A stretch of DNA of 64,000 nt, taken from NCBI GenBank assembly GCA_040755855.1, contig JBFMAD010000007.1, positions 96,001-160,000 of the forward strand, in the 5' to 3' direction. The notes under the pieces were generated by a model. The model was given only the letters and a program-made list of their open reading frames with translations. It was not told the DNA's origin and did no database searches. Source of the DNA: Planctomycetota bacterium (GTDB lineage Bacteria > Planctomycetota > Brocadiia > JAADGH01). The position numbers and the translations under genes were made by a program. Of the stretch, positions 27,474 through 36,933 are shown one piece after another. Every line of letters starts with the position of its first letter. The first letter of the stretch is position 1.

Positions 27474-28994
27474 CTATTCGGCCTGCTGGAAGAGGATCGT
27501 GAGGTGAATCGTTCCAGGTCTTGGAGCGGCCTGTTCGAGTTCCTGAGCAAATCGCGGCTGATTCATTAGCCCGGCGTCGCCCCGCTCGTCCCATTGGGGC
27601 ATGACAACGAGGTTAAGCCGCTTCAGGTCACCCAGAAAGGCACGAAATTGGTTCGCAGCGATGCGGGTCTGGAGTCGAGAGACGCCCTCCTCCTGCTGCA
27701 TCGGGGCGTCGAGCCGTCCGGCGACGACATCGCCCTCGGCCTTGGGGGGATACTTCGTCTGGAGGAGGGACTGCACGCGCTCCATGTCGGCCTGGGGGTT
27801 GCGCGAGCGGATGACAAGGGTCCGCAGTTCGGCCTCGGGGGCCGGTCCGTGCACTGCCTTTCCGGCGACCTCCCCCGCGACCTTCCCGACTTTCTGTTCC
27901 GCCGCAGCGGGGCGGGGAGGCTCGGCAGCGGGAGCAGTCTGGGCCTCGGCAGGGGCGGCCTTCAGCCGCATCCCCAGCTCGCGTTCTTCCTTTGCCTTTG
28001 CGACCACGGTTTCCGGACGAGGGGCCGCGGGAATCCCGATCTTCGTCTGGACTTCCGCCTCGGCCTTCGTCTCGGCGCCGCCGCGACGGAAAAGGCCTTC
28101 TTTCTCCATGCCCACATCCGCCCCCTTCTTCGCCTCAACCGTCGGCCTCGGCGCAGCTTGAAGGGCGGCATCCTTTCGCGCCTCTTCGTTTCGGCGGACC
28201 TCAGCCTTATCTCTGTCGGCGAGCGTCGCGATCTCCTTCTTCTCTTGGGACTTCTCACCGATAACAGGCATCTCCGGGGCCTTTGCAAGGGGCTGGGGGG
28301 CAGGGGCGAGTTCCGCAACCGGCTTGGCCGGCGCAACGATGACGTTCGACCCCGGCGTGGCGGGGAGGACGTTCTTCTCCGCAAGGGCTTGGCGGGTGGC
28401 TTTCGTGTCTTCCGGTTCGGCGGCGGGTCTGCGTCGTCCCGCCTTGTCGCGGTAGGCAAATCCGTCCGCCTCTCGATCCTCAGCAAGGCCCCTTGCCTTG
28501 AGTTCGGGTTCGGCCTCTTTCTTGGCTATTTTACCGAGGGACGATCTCTCGGCGGCCTTTTCTTCCGCCACTTCCGCCAGCTCCCGTTCCCTCGTTTCCT
28601 TCGTGGCAACGTCGGCTACGGAGGAGGGTTTCTCCGCCGGGGCCGCAGATTCCATAGGCGCCATAGGCGTTTGCTTCCGCATGAGGAAGGTAACGGACAC
28701 GACGAGGAGCACCGCCGCCGCGGCGAGGAGCGACCCCACCACGCGCGCCGACGGCCAGATGATCCTACCCCGGTCTTCCTCCGCCAGTGTCTGGGAGACG
28801 TTGTCGGCCAACGTCGCCGGCGCCGTCACCCTGGACAGCGAACCTACGAGCTTCACCGTCGCCTTCAGGGCGTCCAACTCGCGGCGGCAGTTGGCGCAGC
28901 CCGCCACGTGGAACTCAACGGCCTCGCGCTGTTCGACGTCGAGTTCGTCGTCAATGTATTCCGAGAGAAGGTCTATGGCTTCTTCGCACTTCAT
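27474..28994 (-). CDS. Zinc-finger (zf-HC2) membrane anti-sigma factor with long extracytoplasmic low-complexity region
   Basis: MKCEEAIDLLSEYIDDEL..HVAGCANC; one TM helix; ATGA overlap with the sigma stop codon. Confidence 0.85.
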   Translation of the reverse strand: MKCEEAIDLLSEYIDDELDVEQREAVEFHVAGCANCRRELDALKATVKLVGSLSRVTAPATLADNVSQTLAEEDRGRIIWPSARVVGSLLAAAAVLLVVSVTFLMRKQTPMAPMESAAPAEKPSSVADVATKETRERELAEVAEEKAAERSSLGKIAKKEAEPELKARGLAEDREADGFAYRDKAGRRRPAAEPEDTKATRQALAEKNVLPATPGSNVIVAPAKPVAELAPAPQPLAKAPEMPVIGEKSQEKKEIATLADRDKAEVRRNEEARKDAALQAAPRPTVEAKKGADVGMEKEGLFRRGGAETKAEAEVQTKIGIPAAPRPETVVAKAKEERELGMRLKAAPAEAQTAPAAEPPRPAAAEQKVGKVAGEVAGKAVHGPAPEAELRTLVIRSRNPQADMERVQSLLQTKYPPKAEGDVVAGRLDAPMQQEEGVSRLQTRIAANQFRAFLGDLKRLNLVVMPQWDERGDAGLMNQPRFAQELEQAAPRPGTIHLTILFQQAE

Positions 28995-29620
28995 CCCGTC
29001 TCTCCTGCTTGCGCCGTCCGGGGTCCTTCGACGTCCATGAGCGGCTTCAACTTTTCCCGCAGTTCCAGCCGAGCCCGATGCAGCCGTGATTTCACTGTGC
29101 CCCGCGGGCAGCCGATGATCTCGGCGATTTCTTCGTAGCGATACCCCTCGATGTCCTTCAGGACTACCACCGCGCGGTAGTCGCCGTCGAGGGAGTCGAT
29201 GGCGTCTTGGATCAGTTGTTCGCGTTCTTTTTCGGCCATGATCTCTGATGGCTCCGCACTCGTGTCGGGTGGATCGTCGGAGCCGCGCCCATCGGGACCG
29301 GGGTTGCTCCGATCGATCGGCACCGTCCGTATCTTCCGCTTTGCCCCGGCCTTGCGGCGGTGATTGATGACCTCGTTGACGGCGATGCGATGCAGCCATG
29401 TGGACACGGCGGCCTGGCCGTGGAAGCCGCGCATGGCCCGGAAGGCGCGGATGAAGACCTCCTGGGCGATGTCGCTGGCGTCCTCGCGGTCGCCCACGCA
29501 CCGGTAAACCAGGTTGAAGATGCGGTCCTGGTGCCTGCGCATCAGTTCATCGTAGGCCGCGCGATCGCCGCGTTTGCAGCGTTCGACCAGTTCTGTGTCC
29601 TCAACAGGCTTCTCGCTCAA
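28991..29620 (-). CDS. ECF (sigma-70 family) RNA polymerase sigma factor
   Basis: DASDIAQEVFIRA, STWLHRIAVN, YEEIAEIIGCPRGTVKSRLHRAR. Confidence 0.94.
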   Translation of the reverse strand: MSEKPVEDTELVERCKRGDRAAYDELMRRHQDRIFNLVYRCVGDREDASDIAQEVFIRAFRAMRGFHGQAAVSTWLHRIAVNEVINHRRKAGAKRKIRTVPIDRSNPGPDGRGSDDPPDTSAEPSEIMAEKEREQLIQDAIDSLDGDYRAVVVLKDIEGYRYEEIAEIIGCPRGTVKSRLHRARLELREKLKPLMDVEGPRTAQAGETG

Positions 29621-29638
29621 TCTCCGCCCTGCACTTTC

Positions 29639-29666
29639 TTAGACGCAGGTTGTGCACAAAAGTTTC
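29639..29666 (-). promoter_or_regulatory. Autoregulatory ECF promoter (SigW-like)
   Basis: Minus strand GAAAC-N16-CGTCTAA immediately upstream of the sigma gene. Confidence 0.65.
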
Positions 29667-29696
29667 GATGAAGGGCCTTCTTTCCCCTGCCATATT

Positions 29697-30611
29697 CTAC
29701 GACAGTTCCAGCATCTTTTCGATGGCCCTGCGGGCCTTGTCGGCAATATCCGCAGGCACGTCAATCTCAAAGACCATGTCCTCCAGGGACCAAACGAGCT
29801 TCTGGAGCGTGGTGAGTTTCATGTTCGGGCAATCGGCGAACTCGGTCACGGGATAGAACTTCTTGCCCGGGTTCTCCTTCCGCAAGCGATGGAGAATACC
29901 CATCTCCGTGCCGATGATGAATTCCTTCGCGTCGCTCTGGCGGCAGAATTTCAGGATCCCGGACGTGCTGGCCACATGGTCGGCGACGGCGATAGTATCC
30001 TCCATGCACTCCGGGTGGACGACGACCAGCGCGTTCGGGTGGCGTTCTTTATGGATTTCGATCTCTTCCGGGATGATGCGCTCGTGGGTCGGGCAATAGC
30101 CGTCCCAGAGGATGACATTCTTCCGTCCGAGCTGCTCGGCGGCCCACCGGCCCAGATGTTTGTCGGGGACGAAGATGATCTCCCGGTCCGCCGGGATCGA
30201 GGCCATGATCTTGGCGGCGTTGGCGGACGTGCAGCAGATGTCGCTCTCGGCCTTGACGGCGGCGGTGCTGTTCACGTAGCAGATGACGGCGGCGCCGGGG
30301 TGTTCCTTTTTCTTCTCGACAAGCTCGCGGACGGTGACCATGTTGGCCATGGGACATCCCGCGTTCGGGTCGGGCATGAGGACGGTCTTGTGGGGATTGA
30401 TAAGCTTGGCGGTCTCGGCCATGAAGTGGACGCCGCAGAAGAGGATCACGTCGGCCTCGGTGCGAGCGGCCTCCTGGGACAGGCCGAGGCTGTCGCCGAC
30501 GAAATCGCCGATGTCCTGGATCTCCCCGCGCTGGTAGTTGTGGACGAGGATGACGGCGCTGCGCTGTCGCTTGAGTTCTTGAATTCTCTCGACGAGGTTC
30601 CCGTTGGTCAT
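29697..30611 (-). CDS. nadA: Quinolinate synthase
   Basis: HNYQ, GDSLGL, FCGVHFMAE, AGCPMA, YVNS, CCTSANA, HPEC, CPNMK. Confidence 0.96.
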   Translation of the reverse strand: MTNGNLVERIQELKRQRSAVILVHNYQRGEIQDIGDFVGDSLGLSQEAARTEADVILFCGVHFMAETAKLINPHKTVLMPDPNAGCPMANMVTVRELVEKKKEHPGAAVICYVNSTAAVKAESDICCTSANAAKIMASIPADREIIFVPDKHLGRWAAEQLGRKNVILWDGYCPTHERIIPEEIEIHKERHPNALVVVHPECMEDTIAVADHVASTSGILKFCRQSDAKEFIIGTEMGILHRLRKENPGKKFYPVTEFADCPNMKLTTLQKLVWSLEDMVFEIDVPADIADKARRAIEKMLELS

Positions 30612-30650
30612 GCGCGGCTTCTCAGACGAAACATGGTTTCCGAAAATTTA

Positions 30651-30679
30651 ATAATAGTTCAAAGCGCTACCGGAGGCAA
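30651..30679 (-). promoter_or_regulatory. Sigma70-type promoter for nadA
   Basis: Minus strand TTGCCT-N17-TATTAT. Confidence 0.5.
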
Positions 30680-30735
30680 GGTAAAATTTACGGCAGGGGG
30701 TAACATGCCCCTCTGTGCCTGCATTGTTTGGGTTC

Positions 30736-30764
30736 TTGATTCTGGGTAGGAGTTTCCATAGGAT
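30736..30764 (+). promoter_or_regulatory. Sigma70-type promoter for the 1256-aa gene
   Basis: TTGATT-N17-TAGGAT. Confidence 0.45.
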
Positions 30765-30810
30765 TTGCGCTCGGTAAGAAACCAAGTTCCTCTCTGTCGA
30801 GGGTGCAAGC

Positions 30811-33800
30811 ATGCAGACATTCATGTACTGGTGGACCGTTGCCTGTGTTCTCTCGTTTATTTTATGCGTCTGCGATGAAGGAACGTGCCAGACGGAGACG
30901 ATCAGCCCGCTCACGCAACTGAAGAAGCACTACCCGGATACCGACCTCGTCCGCGACGGCGCGGCCCGGGCGGCCATCTACCATCCCTCATTGCCCGATT
31001 ACGAAACCGCGGCGAAGGAACTGTCTCAGAAGTTCCGTGAACGGTTCGGCTTCGAACTACCCGTCCGTCCCGACGATGCCAACCGCGCGTGGCGAAAGGA
31101 AACCGGCCACGTCATTGCGATGGGCAACGTGGGCAATAGTCTTCTGATCCGATGGTTGTACCTGCGGGAGTTCTTCGCGCCATCCTCGAACCGGCAGATT
31201 CGCACCGTGCACGACCCCTGGGGCGAAGGGCGCAATGCGGTGCTCCTGGCCGGGGTGGACCTGAGCGATGTCAAGGCGAACTTCACTCCCCTGTTGGACC
31301 GGCTTCAACGGCCGCAGCCGAACACGCTAATCCTCCCTCAAACGCTCGATCCGGCCCCAGCCGTTGGGGATGACATCAAGGCGCAGATTGACGAGCATCG
31401 CAGGGATCTCCCCAAAATGCCGCTCAATTACCCGGCCTATCATGCAGGGTGGGTATGCAAGCATTATCCACGCCTCGGATTCGACGGATTCATTCCGCTA
31501 TATCGTGAGTCCCTGCAACGCCTGGTCCAGACAAAATCCTACTGTCACCTTTATCTGTTCCGGGAGAGCAGGGGATGGGACGTGATCGAGGAGGCCCCTT
31601 CGCTGACCGACGAAGACCGGCTCATGATTACCAACTTTTTCCGCAACTCCGTAGCCTCCGAGAAGGAAGGGATTGGGTCGCTGCGTAAGCTCCTGAAGGG
31701 CAAGCGGCTCATCCAGGGCAACCACCAGTCGCAGACCGCCTGCGGCATTATGGTGGTGGCCGACTACCTTCGGAGATACTATCCCAGCGAATTGCACGAG
31801 CAGTGGTATAAGGACGCACTCGCCTTTTTTGAGCCGTACCGCGCCAAGGGGTGTTACCTCGGCGACGACGAGGGGATGCAAGCCGCATCCATTGACAACA
31901 TCATGAACGCGGTGTATTTGACGGATGACGATCCGGCAAGCCACCCGTTCCTTCAACGCACGCTCGATCGCCTGATGCCCAACTACAACAACTTTGGGAT
32001 GTGGCCGTCCTTCGGCGACAACTACGCCTCCTATCGCTTTGGCGCCGGTTTCTATATGAATGGGGCGCAAATCTACGGCAAACCGGAATACCTGTGGATG
32101 TACCACTTCATCACCAATGCCAGCCCGACCGCCGCCCCGAAGATTCCAACAGAGAAGCCAAAAGCCGGCTGGTGGCCGATTGACTTCGCCCCGCGGCAGC
32201 CGGAGGGTTTCGTCGGACTCCAGTGGTCTGAGCCGGATGAGACGCTGTTCAGCCTGGCGAAGTCCAAGTGGGCGGAGGAGAACAAGGTGTCCGTCTCCGA
32301 CTGCTTTGGCCGAGCCGCATTCCGCGCGGGAATCAACCCCCAGGACGACTACCTGCTCCTGGACGGTGTGCACCTGGGCCATGCCTATGACGACCAGAAC
32401 GGGATTCTCGAATACTCAACGCTGGGCCGGACGTTTCTCGTCTCGCGGGACTACAACTACGGGTCGGCGCTCTCCGCCCACAATGTCGTCGCCGTCAGCG
32501 TGAACGGCATGGCCGACATTGATCCCTGTCCCCTTGCGACACGTCGCCTGTGGGCCAACCTCCCGTCGTTTGCCGCCACGCGCACCGTGCTCTACACCGA
32601 CGGCCACTCCTCTGCGCATCATGTGGACTCCCCCAGCGCGGACTGGGAACGCAACATCCTCTGGCTCAAGAACCAGTTCTTCATCGTGTTTGACCGCGTC
32701 GTTGCGCGGCAGGAAGGAATGCACTCGGCGGTCGGCTTCTGGCGAATGGTGGGCGACCGCCACGACCTGCCGGACGGCATGGAGATGAGGCAGCAGGCAG
32801 GCGACCAGGAGGTCCGGTTTCGCCTGGCGGTTCAAGGCGCGGATTACGTTGCAATAGGAAAGGATGAAGACCCCCAGGCCACGTATGCCTTCGGTCGCTA
32901 TGGCAAGCAGCCGCCTCCCATGGACAACGTGCCGCCGGTGGTTCACATGCTCAAGGCTCACAAGGCGCGGCAACTCAAGCCGGGGGAGTCGTTCACTATG
33001 GCGACCTGCTTCTGGGCCGGTTCCGCGCAGCGACCGAACGAGATCACATGCCGTGCGGTTTCTTCGGATGCGGTGCGGATCGAAGTGAACGGAGAGGCGA
33101 TGCTCGCCGCGCGGGGGGACGTCTCTCTGCCGGGTCTGATGGCGCAGGCGGAGATGTCGCTCATTGCACGCCAGAGGGTGTGCATGGTTGCAGGACGGAA
33201 ACTTTCGCTGGGCGAACGGGTCGCCTTTGAGGCGCAGACCCCTATCTCCTTCGAATGGGATTTGGCGTCGGGGCAGTGTCACGTGGAAGCCAAGCAGGCG
33301 ACGAAGGCGTCCTGGAATGGACAGATGTTTGACATTCCCGCGGGCCGAAGCATTCACGCGGTCAAGGAGGATGGCATAGCTGAGGCGCTGGCGGCCGCGC
33401 TGAAATCCATGCCTGCGCTTCCATCCACCCAAACGACACACTTGCCGAAGGCCGAGGGGCGACTGAAGGTGGTCGGCGCGCGCCAAGGGGCCAGCGGCGT
33501 GGAATGCCTCTGGGCCGGAAAACTTGGCCCGGACGGAGATCATGTCATCGTGGGCTACCGCGACGGGGGCGTGGAGGCGCTGAAAGGCATTGCGCTTGAC
33601 CCAAGCTGGACCTATCGTTGCGCTGGCGTCGTGAACAGCATTGACGCGGGCGACCTGAACGGCGACGGGGTGTTCGAGGTCGCGGTCGGGTCGGACGACC
33701 ACCACCTCCACGCGCTGACGCACGGCGGCAAGGCGTTGTGGAAGTGGAAGCCGCCTTTTGACGAACTTAAGGCCCGCATCGCGTATTGCCATTGGCTTTG

Positions 33801-34581
33801 GCCCGAGCCATTCGTCAAGAAGGTCGCCGTTCACAACATCAACAAAGACGGCAAGGCAGAGATCGTAACAGGCACGGGCATGAACACCTTCGCCGTGGAC
33901 GGCGCGGGCAAGCAGCTCTGGGCCTTCCGCGACAGCAAGGGGCATACCCCCTGCATGAGGGCCATCGTCTTCGCCGATGTGGATAACGATGGGGTGGAGG
34001 AGCCGATCGGCGGGGCCAGCGACATGTGGTACGACCCCTCGATGTATGCCATCGGGCCGAAAGGCGAGCAGAAGACGGCCTTCGCAAGCGACGGTTGGTG
34101 CTCGGGGGTGAAGGCCGCCATCGCCGAGGACATTGCTGGAAAAGGTCGAAAGGGACTCGCCTATGTCACGCGCAAAGGCGGCCTCTGGTGCTACCCCGAC
34201 GTTACGGACACAAAGACGAAATGGTATCGGCGCTTCGCCGACCTGAAAGACCGCGTAGCGACGCTGGCGCATAAGGGCGGCGCGAAACTTATCATTGTGG
34301 CCGGCGGCGACGATAACTGGGTGACGGCGCTTGATGCAACCGGGAATCGGGTATGGGCAGTGTATTTCGATGCGGCGATCGGCGCCCTTGCATCGAATGC
34401 CGCGAAGGACAAGTTGTACGTCGGCTGCGACGATGGCGCAGTGCATGAACTGGACGCCGCGGGACGTTTGCTCCGTTCAACGACGATTGAGGGCGCGCCC
34501 AACCTTGCTGTTCCATTTGGCGCAGGGATTGCCCTTGCGACAGAAGAAGGAAGCGTGTATCTCATTGAGGGGGAGTCCTGA
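30811..34581 (+). CDS. Large secreted protein: helical toroid and heparinase II/III-like region plus C-terminal FG-GAP/PQQ-like beta-propeller
   Basis: N-terminal hydrophobic signal; GNHQ, PSFGD, GHAYDDQN, HNVVAV lyase-like motifs; DLNGDG..E, DVDNDG..E and A(L/V)D..G..LW repeats. Confidence 0.65.
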   Translation: MQTFMYWWTVACVLSFILCVCDEGTCQTETISPLTQLKKHYPDTDLVRDGAARAAIYHPSLPDYETAAKELSQKFRERFGFELPVRPDDANRAWRKETGHVIAMGNVGNSLLIRWLYLREFFAPSSNRQIRTVHDPWGEGRNAVLLAGVDLSDVKANFTPLLDRLQRPQPNTLILPQTLDPAPAVGDDIKAQIDEHRRDLPKMPLNYPAYHAGWVCKHYPRLGFDGFIPLYRESLQRLVQTKSYCHLYLFRESRGWDVIEEAPSLTDEDRLMITNFFRNSVASEKEGIGSLRKLLKGKRLIQGNHQSQTACGIMVVADYLRRYYPSELHEQWYKDALAFFEPYRAKGCYLGDDEGMQAASIDNIMNAVYLTDDDPASHPFLQRTLDRLMPNYNNFGMWPSFGDNYASYRFGAGFYMNGAQIYGKPEYLWMYHFITNASPTAAPKIPTEKPKAGWWPIDFAPRQPEGFVGLQWSEPDETLFSLAKSKWAEENKVSVSDCFGRAAFRAGINPQDDYLLLDGVHLGHAYDDQNGILEYSTLGRTFLVSRDYNYGSALSAHNVVAVSVNGMADIDPCPLATRRLWANLPSFAATRTVLYTDGHSSAHHVDSPSADWERNILWLKNQFFIVFDRVVARQEGMHSAVGFWRMVGDRHDLPDGMEMRQQAGDQEVRFRLAVQGADYVAIGKDEDPQATYAFGRYGKQPPPMDNVPPVVHMLKAHKARQLKPGESFTMATCFWAGSAQRPNEITCRAVSSDAVRIEVNGEAMLAARGDVSLPGLMAQAEMSLIARQRVCMVAGRKLSLGERVAFEAQTPISFEWDLASGQCHVEAKQATKASWNGQMFDIPAGRSIHAVKEDGIAEALAAALKSMPALPSTQTTHLPKAEGRLKVVGARQGASGVECLWAGKLGPDGDHVIVGYRDGGVEALKGIALDPSWTYRCAGVVNSIDAGDLNGDGVFEVAVGSDDHHLHALTHGGKALWKWKPPFDELKARIAYCHWLWPEPFVKKVAVHNINKDGKAEIVTGTGMNTFAVDGAGKQLWAFRDSKGHTPCMRAIVFADVDNDGVEEPIGGASDMWYDPSMYAIGPKGEQKTAFASDGWCSGVKAAIAEDIAGKGRKGLAYVTRKGGLWCYPDVTDTKTKWYRRFADLKDRVATLAHKGGAKLIIVAGGDDNWVTALDATGNRVWAVYFDAAIGALASNAAKDKLYVGCDDGAVHELDAAGRLLRSTTIEGAPNLAVPFGAGIALATEEGSVYLIEGES

Positions 34582-34677
34582 TGCGGGCGGGCGAAGAAAA
34601 TAGGTCAAACTACTTTTTATTTGGCCTCGATCAGCCTATGGCATGCAATTTGGGTGCAACCATAAACCTGTCTTCGT

Positions 34678-36090
34678 TCACCACCATTTCGTTTTGAGGG
34701 CGTACCCAACGTCGTAGATGATCCGGCCGGTGGTGACGCCCTTCCACAACCGCCGCAGGGCGTACTTCGGTCGGAAGTAGAACTGGCGATAGGCCTTCTT
34801 GTAGTACTGGCTGATCGTGTCCCAGTCGAGGTTCGGGTGTTTATAGACCGGCAGGGTCAGGTCGTGGAAGAGGTACCGCGACCAATCCTTCGTCAGAATC
34901 AGGCCCTTCTCGTCATACTCGTCAAAAAGCGGCGTGCCGGGGAGGGGAATCGTAATCGCAAATTTTGCGATGTCGAGATCGAGTTCGACGGCGAAGTCAA
35001 TCGTGTCCTGCATGGTCTGCTCGGTTTCATCGGGCAGGCCGAGCATGAAGAAGCCGAAGGTCTCGATGCCAGTCTTCTTTGTTATGGCTATGGCCTTCCG
35101 CACCTGGTCCTTGGTGATGCCCTTCTGGATGCGGTCGAGAATCTGCTGGTTCCCCGACTCGATCCCGAAGGCCGCCTGATAGCACCCGGCCTGCTTGAGT
35201 TTTCGGACCAGTTCCTCGTCCGTCCGGTTCACCCGGATGCCGTTGATGAGCGTCCAGGGGAATTTCAACCCCCGCCGGATGATCTCGTCGCAGATCGCCT
35301 TGGCCTTGTTCAGGTTCGTGGAGAAGCCGTCGTCCTCGATGTGTATCTCCCGGAAGCCGAGCCGCAGCATCCGCTCGATCTCGTCGGCGACGCGCCCCGG
35401 CGACTTCTGCCGGAACTTCCGCCCGAAGATGTTCTTGTTGCAATAGGTACACTGGAACACGCAGCCGCGGCTCGTCTCGAGGAGGCCCGTCGGACTCTCG
35501 CGCTCCACCAACTTTGAGGTCTTGTATCGCCGGATGTCGTAGAGTTGCCACGCCGGGAGGGGGAGCTTGTCCAGGTCGTCAACCAGGGGGCGCGGCTCGG
35601 TCATCACCACCTCGCCTCCGCGCGCGAAGGCGATGCCCGGCACACTGTCCGGACGGGCGCTGCGGATCAGGTCGCGCAGTGTGAAGTCCCCCTCGCCGAT
35701 CACGGCCACGTCGAAGGGCGCATCAGTAACCATCTCGCGCGGGAAGGTCGTCACGTGAACGCCGCCGCAGACGGTAATGGCACTGGGGCAGAGTTCTTTG
35801 GCCTTCGCCGCGATCTTGCCCATCTCGAGAGCCATCGGCGTTGTGCCCGTCACGCCGACGTAGTCCGGTTGGAAGTCTTTGAGCGTCTTTTCGAGGAAGG
35901 CGTACGGCTCGTTCTCCAAGTCCATGTCGGCAATGCGGACGTCGTGGCCGTCCTCGATGAGGGGCGCGGCGACGGTGGCCAGGCTTAGGACGGGGTTCTG
36001 GAGGGCCCCGGCCTTGCGGTCCACGTCCTCGTAGGTCACCTTGGTGTAGGGCGGGTTGACAAGCAGGATTCGGCAGGATTTGCGCGCCAT
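34678..36090 (-). CDS. Cobalamin-binding radical SAM protein (class B methyltransferase-like)
   Basis: LLVNPP, GGVHVT, GEGD B12 domain; SRGCVFQCTYC; GIESG, FFMLGLP, PLPGT. Confidence 0.92.
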   Translation of the reverse strand: MARKSCRILLVNPPYTKVTYEDVDRKAGALQNPVLSLATVAAPLIEDGHDVRIADMDLENEPYAFLEKTLKDFQPDYVGVTGTTPMALEMGKIAAKAKELCPSAITVCGGVHVTTFPREMVTDAPFDVAVIGEGDFTLRDLIRSARPDSVPGIAFARGGEVVMTEPRPLVDDLDKLPLPAWQLYDIRRYKTSKLVERESPTGLLETSRGCVFQCTYCNKNIFGRKFRQKSPGRVADEIERMLRLGFREIHIEDDGFSTNLNKAKAICDEIIRRGLKFPWTLINGIRVNRTDEELVRKLKQAGCYQAAFGIESGNQQILDRIQKGITKDQVRKAIAITKKTGIETFGFFMLGLPDETEQTMQDTIDFAVELDLDIAKFAITIPLPGTPLFDEYDEKGLILTKDWSRYLFHDLTLPVYKHPNLDWDTISQYYKKAYRQFYFRPKYALRRLWKGVTTGRIIYDVGYALKTKWW

Positions 36091-36098
36091 GGTGGTCC

Positions 36099-36836
36099 TC
36101 AGTCAAACAGCGGGGCGTGGCGCAGGCCGTATCGGTTCAGCAGGTACTTGCCGATGGCAATCAACGTCTTTGTGCCATAAACTGTGGACGTAACGAAGTT
36201 CACCGACGAGGCGTCGGAGTGATACATCGTGGGAATGGGAATCTCGTGGATCGTAATCCCCCTGTTCACGATCTGGAGGATCATCTCCGAATCGAAGACG
36301 AAGTCATTGGAGTTGCGCAGGAATGGGATCGCCTCCAGGACGCTCCGCTCGTAGGCCCGATAGCCTGTGTGGAATTCGGTGTATTGCGTGCCGAGGAGGA
36401 GGTTCTCGAGATAGGTCAGGACTTTATTGAACAGGAATTTGTACGGCGGCATGCCGCCCTTCAGCGCCCCCCCTCCGAGCATCCGCGAGGCGAAGACGAC
36501 GCGCGCCTCGCCCGAGGCGATCGGCTCGATGAGGGCGGGGATGACCTTCGGGTCGTATTGATAGTCCGGGTGGAGCATTATGATAATGTCCGCACCCTCC
36601 CCCAGGGCCTGGAGGTAGCATGTCTTCTGGTTCGCCCCGTAGCCGATGTTGAAGGGGTGCTGGATCACCTTGATGGGGAGCGTCTTGGCGACGGCGACGG
36701 TATCATCGGTGCTGAAATCATCTACCAGAATGAACCCATCCACCCAGCCCTTCGGCACCTCGTTGAAGGTTTTCACGAGGGTGCGGGAGGCGTTGTAAGC
36801 CGGAAAGACGACGATGACTTTCTTACCGTTTATCAT
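36099..36836 (-). CDS. Glycosyltransferase family 2 (polyprenol-phosphate sugar synthase-like)
   Basis: VVFPAYNA, VDDFSTD, GYGANQK, HPDYQY, EFHTGYRAY. Confidence 0.9.
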   Translation of the reverse strand: MINGKKVIVVFPAYNASRTLVKTFNEVPKGWVDGFILVDDFSTDDTVAVAKTLPIKVIQHPFNIGYGANQKTCYLQALGEGADIIIMLHPDYQYDPKVIPALIEPIASGEARVVFASRMLGGGALKGGMPPYKFLFNKVLTYLENLLLGTQYTEFHTGYRAYERSVLEAIPFLRNSNDFVFDSEMILQIVNRGITIHEIPIPTMYHSDASSVNFVTSTVYGTKTLIAIGKYLLNRYGLRHAPLFD

Positions 36837-36837
36837 A

Positions 36838-36933
36838 GTTGGGGTAATGGAGTGATGGAGTAATGGAGTATTGGGTACTGTGGAGTGTCATCCTCCCATC
36901 ACCCCCATACTCCATTACTCCATATACTCCAAC
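36838..36933. repeat. Inverted array of octamer repeats (TGGAGTAA-type arm and its complement) forming a long hairpin
   Basis: TGGGGTAA TGGAGTGA TGGAGTAA TGGAGTAT TGGG ... CCCATCACCCCCATACTCCATTACTCCATATACTCCAAC fills the whole intergenic gap. Confidence 0.8.

Noticed and set aside
28995..29501. N-terminal extension of the anti-sigma ORF (675 aa)
   Set aside because: Alternative frame of the sigma gene; the real start is MKCEE at 28994 with ATGA coupling.
34639..34653. Sigma54-like TGGCAT-N5-TTGG
   Set aside because: Mismatch at the conserved -12 GC and no plus-strand gene downstream.
34678..36090. B12 radical SAM as a proteusin methyltransferase for the NHLP exporter
   Set aside because: Opposite strand, separate operon, coupled to a GT2, no evident RRE extension and no precursor; cannot be fully excluded.
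36838..36933. CRISPR array (also considered for 17740-17846 and 59919-59980)
   Set aside because: Units are 7-8 bp or isolated hairpins with no unique spacers; no cas genes.
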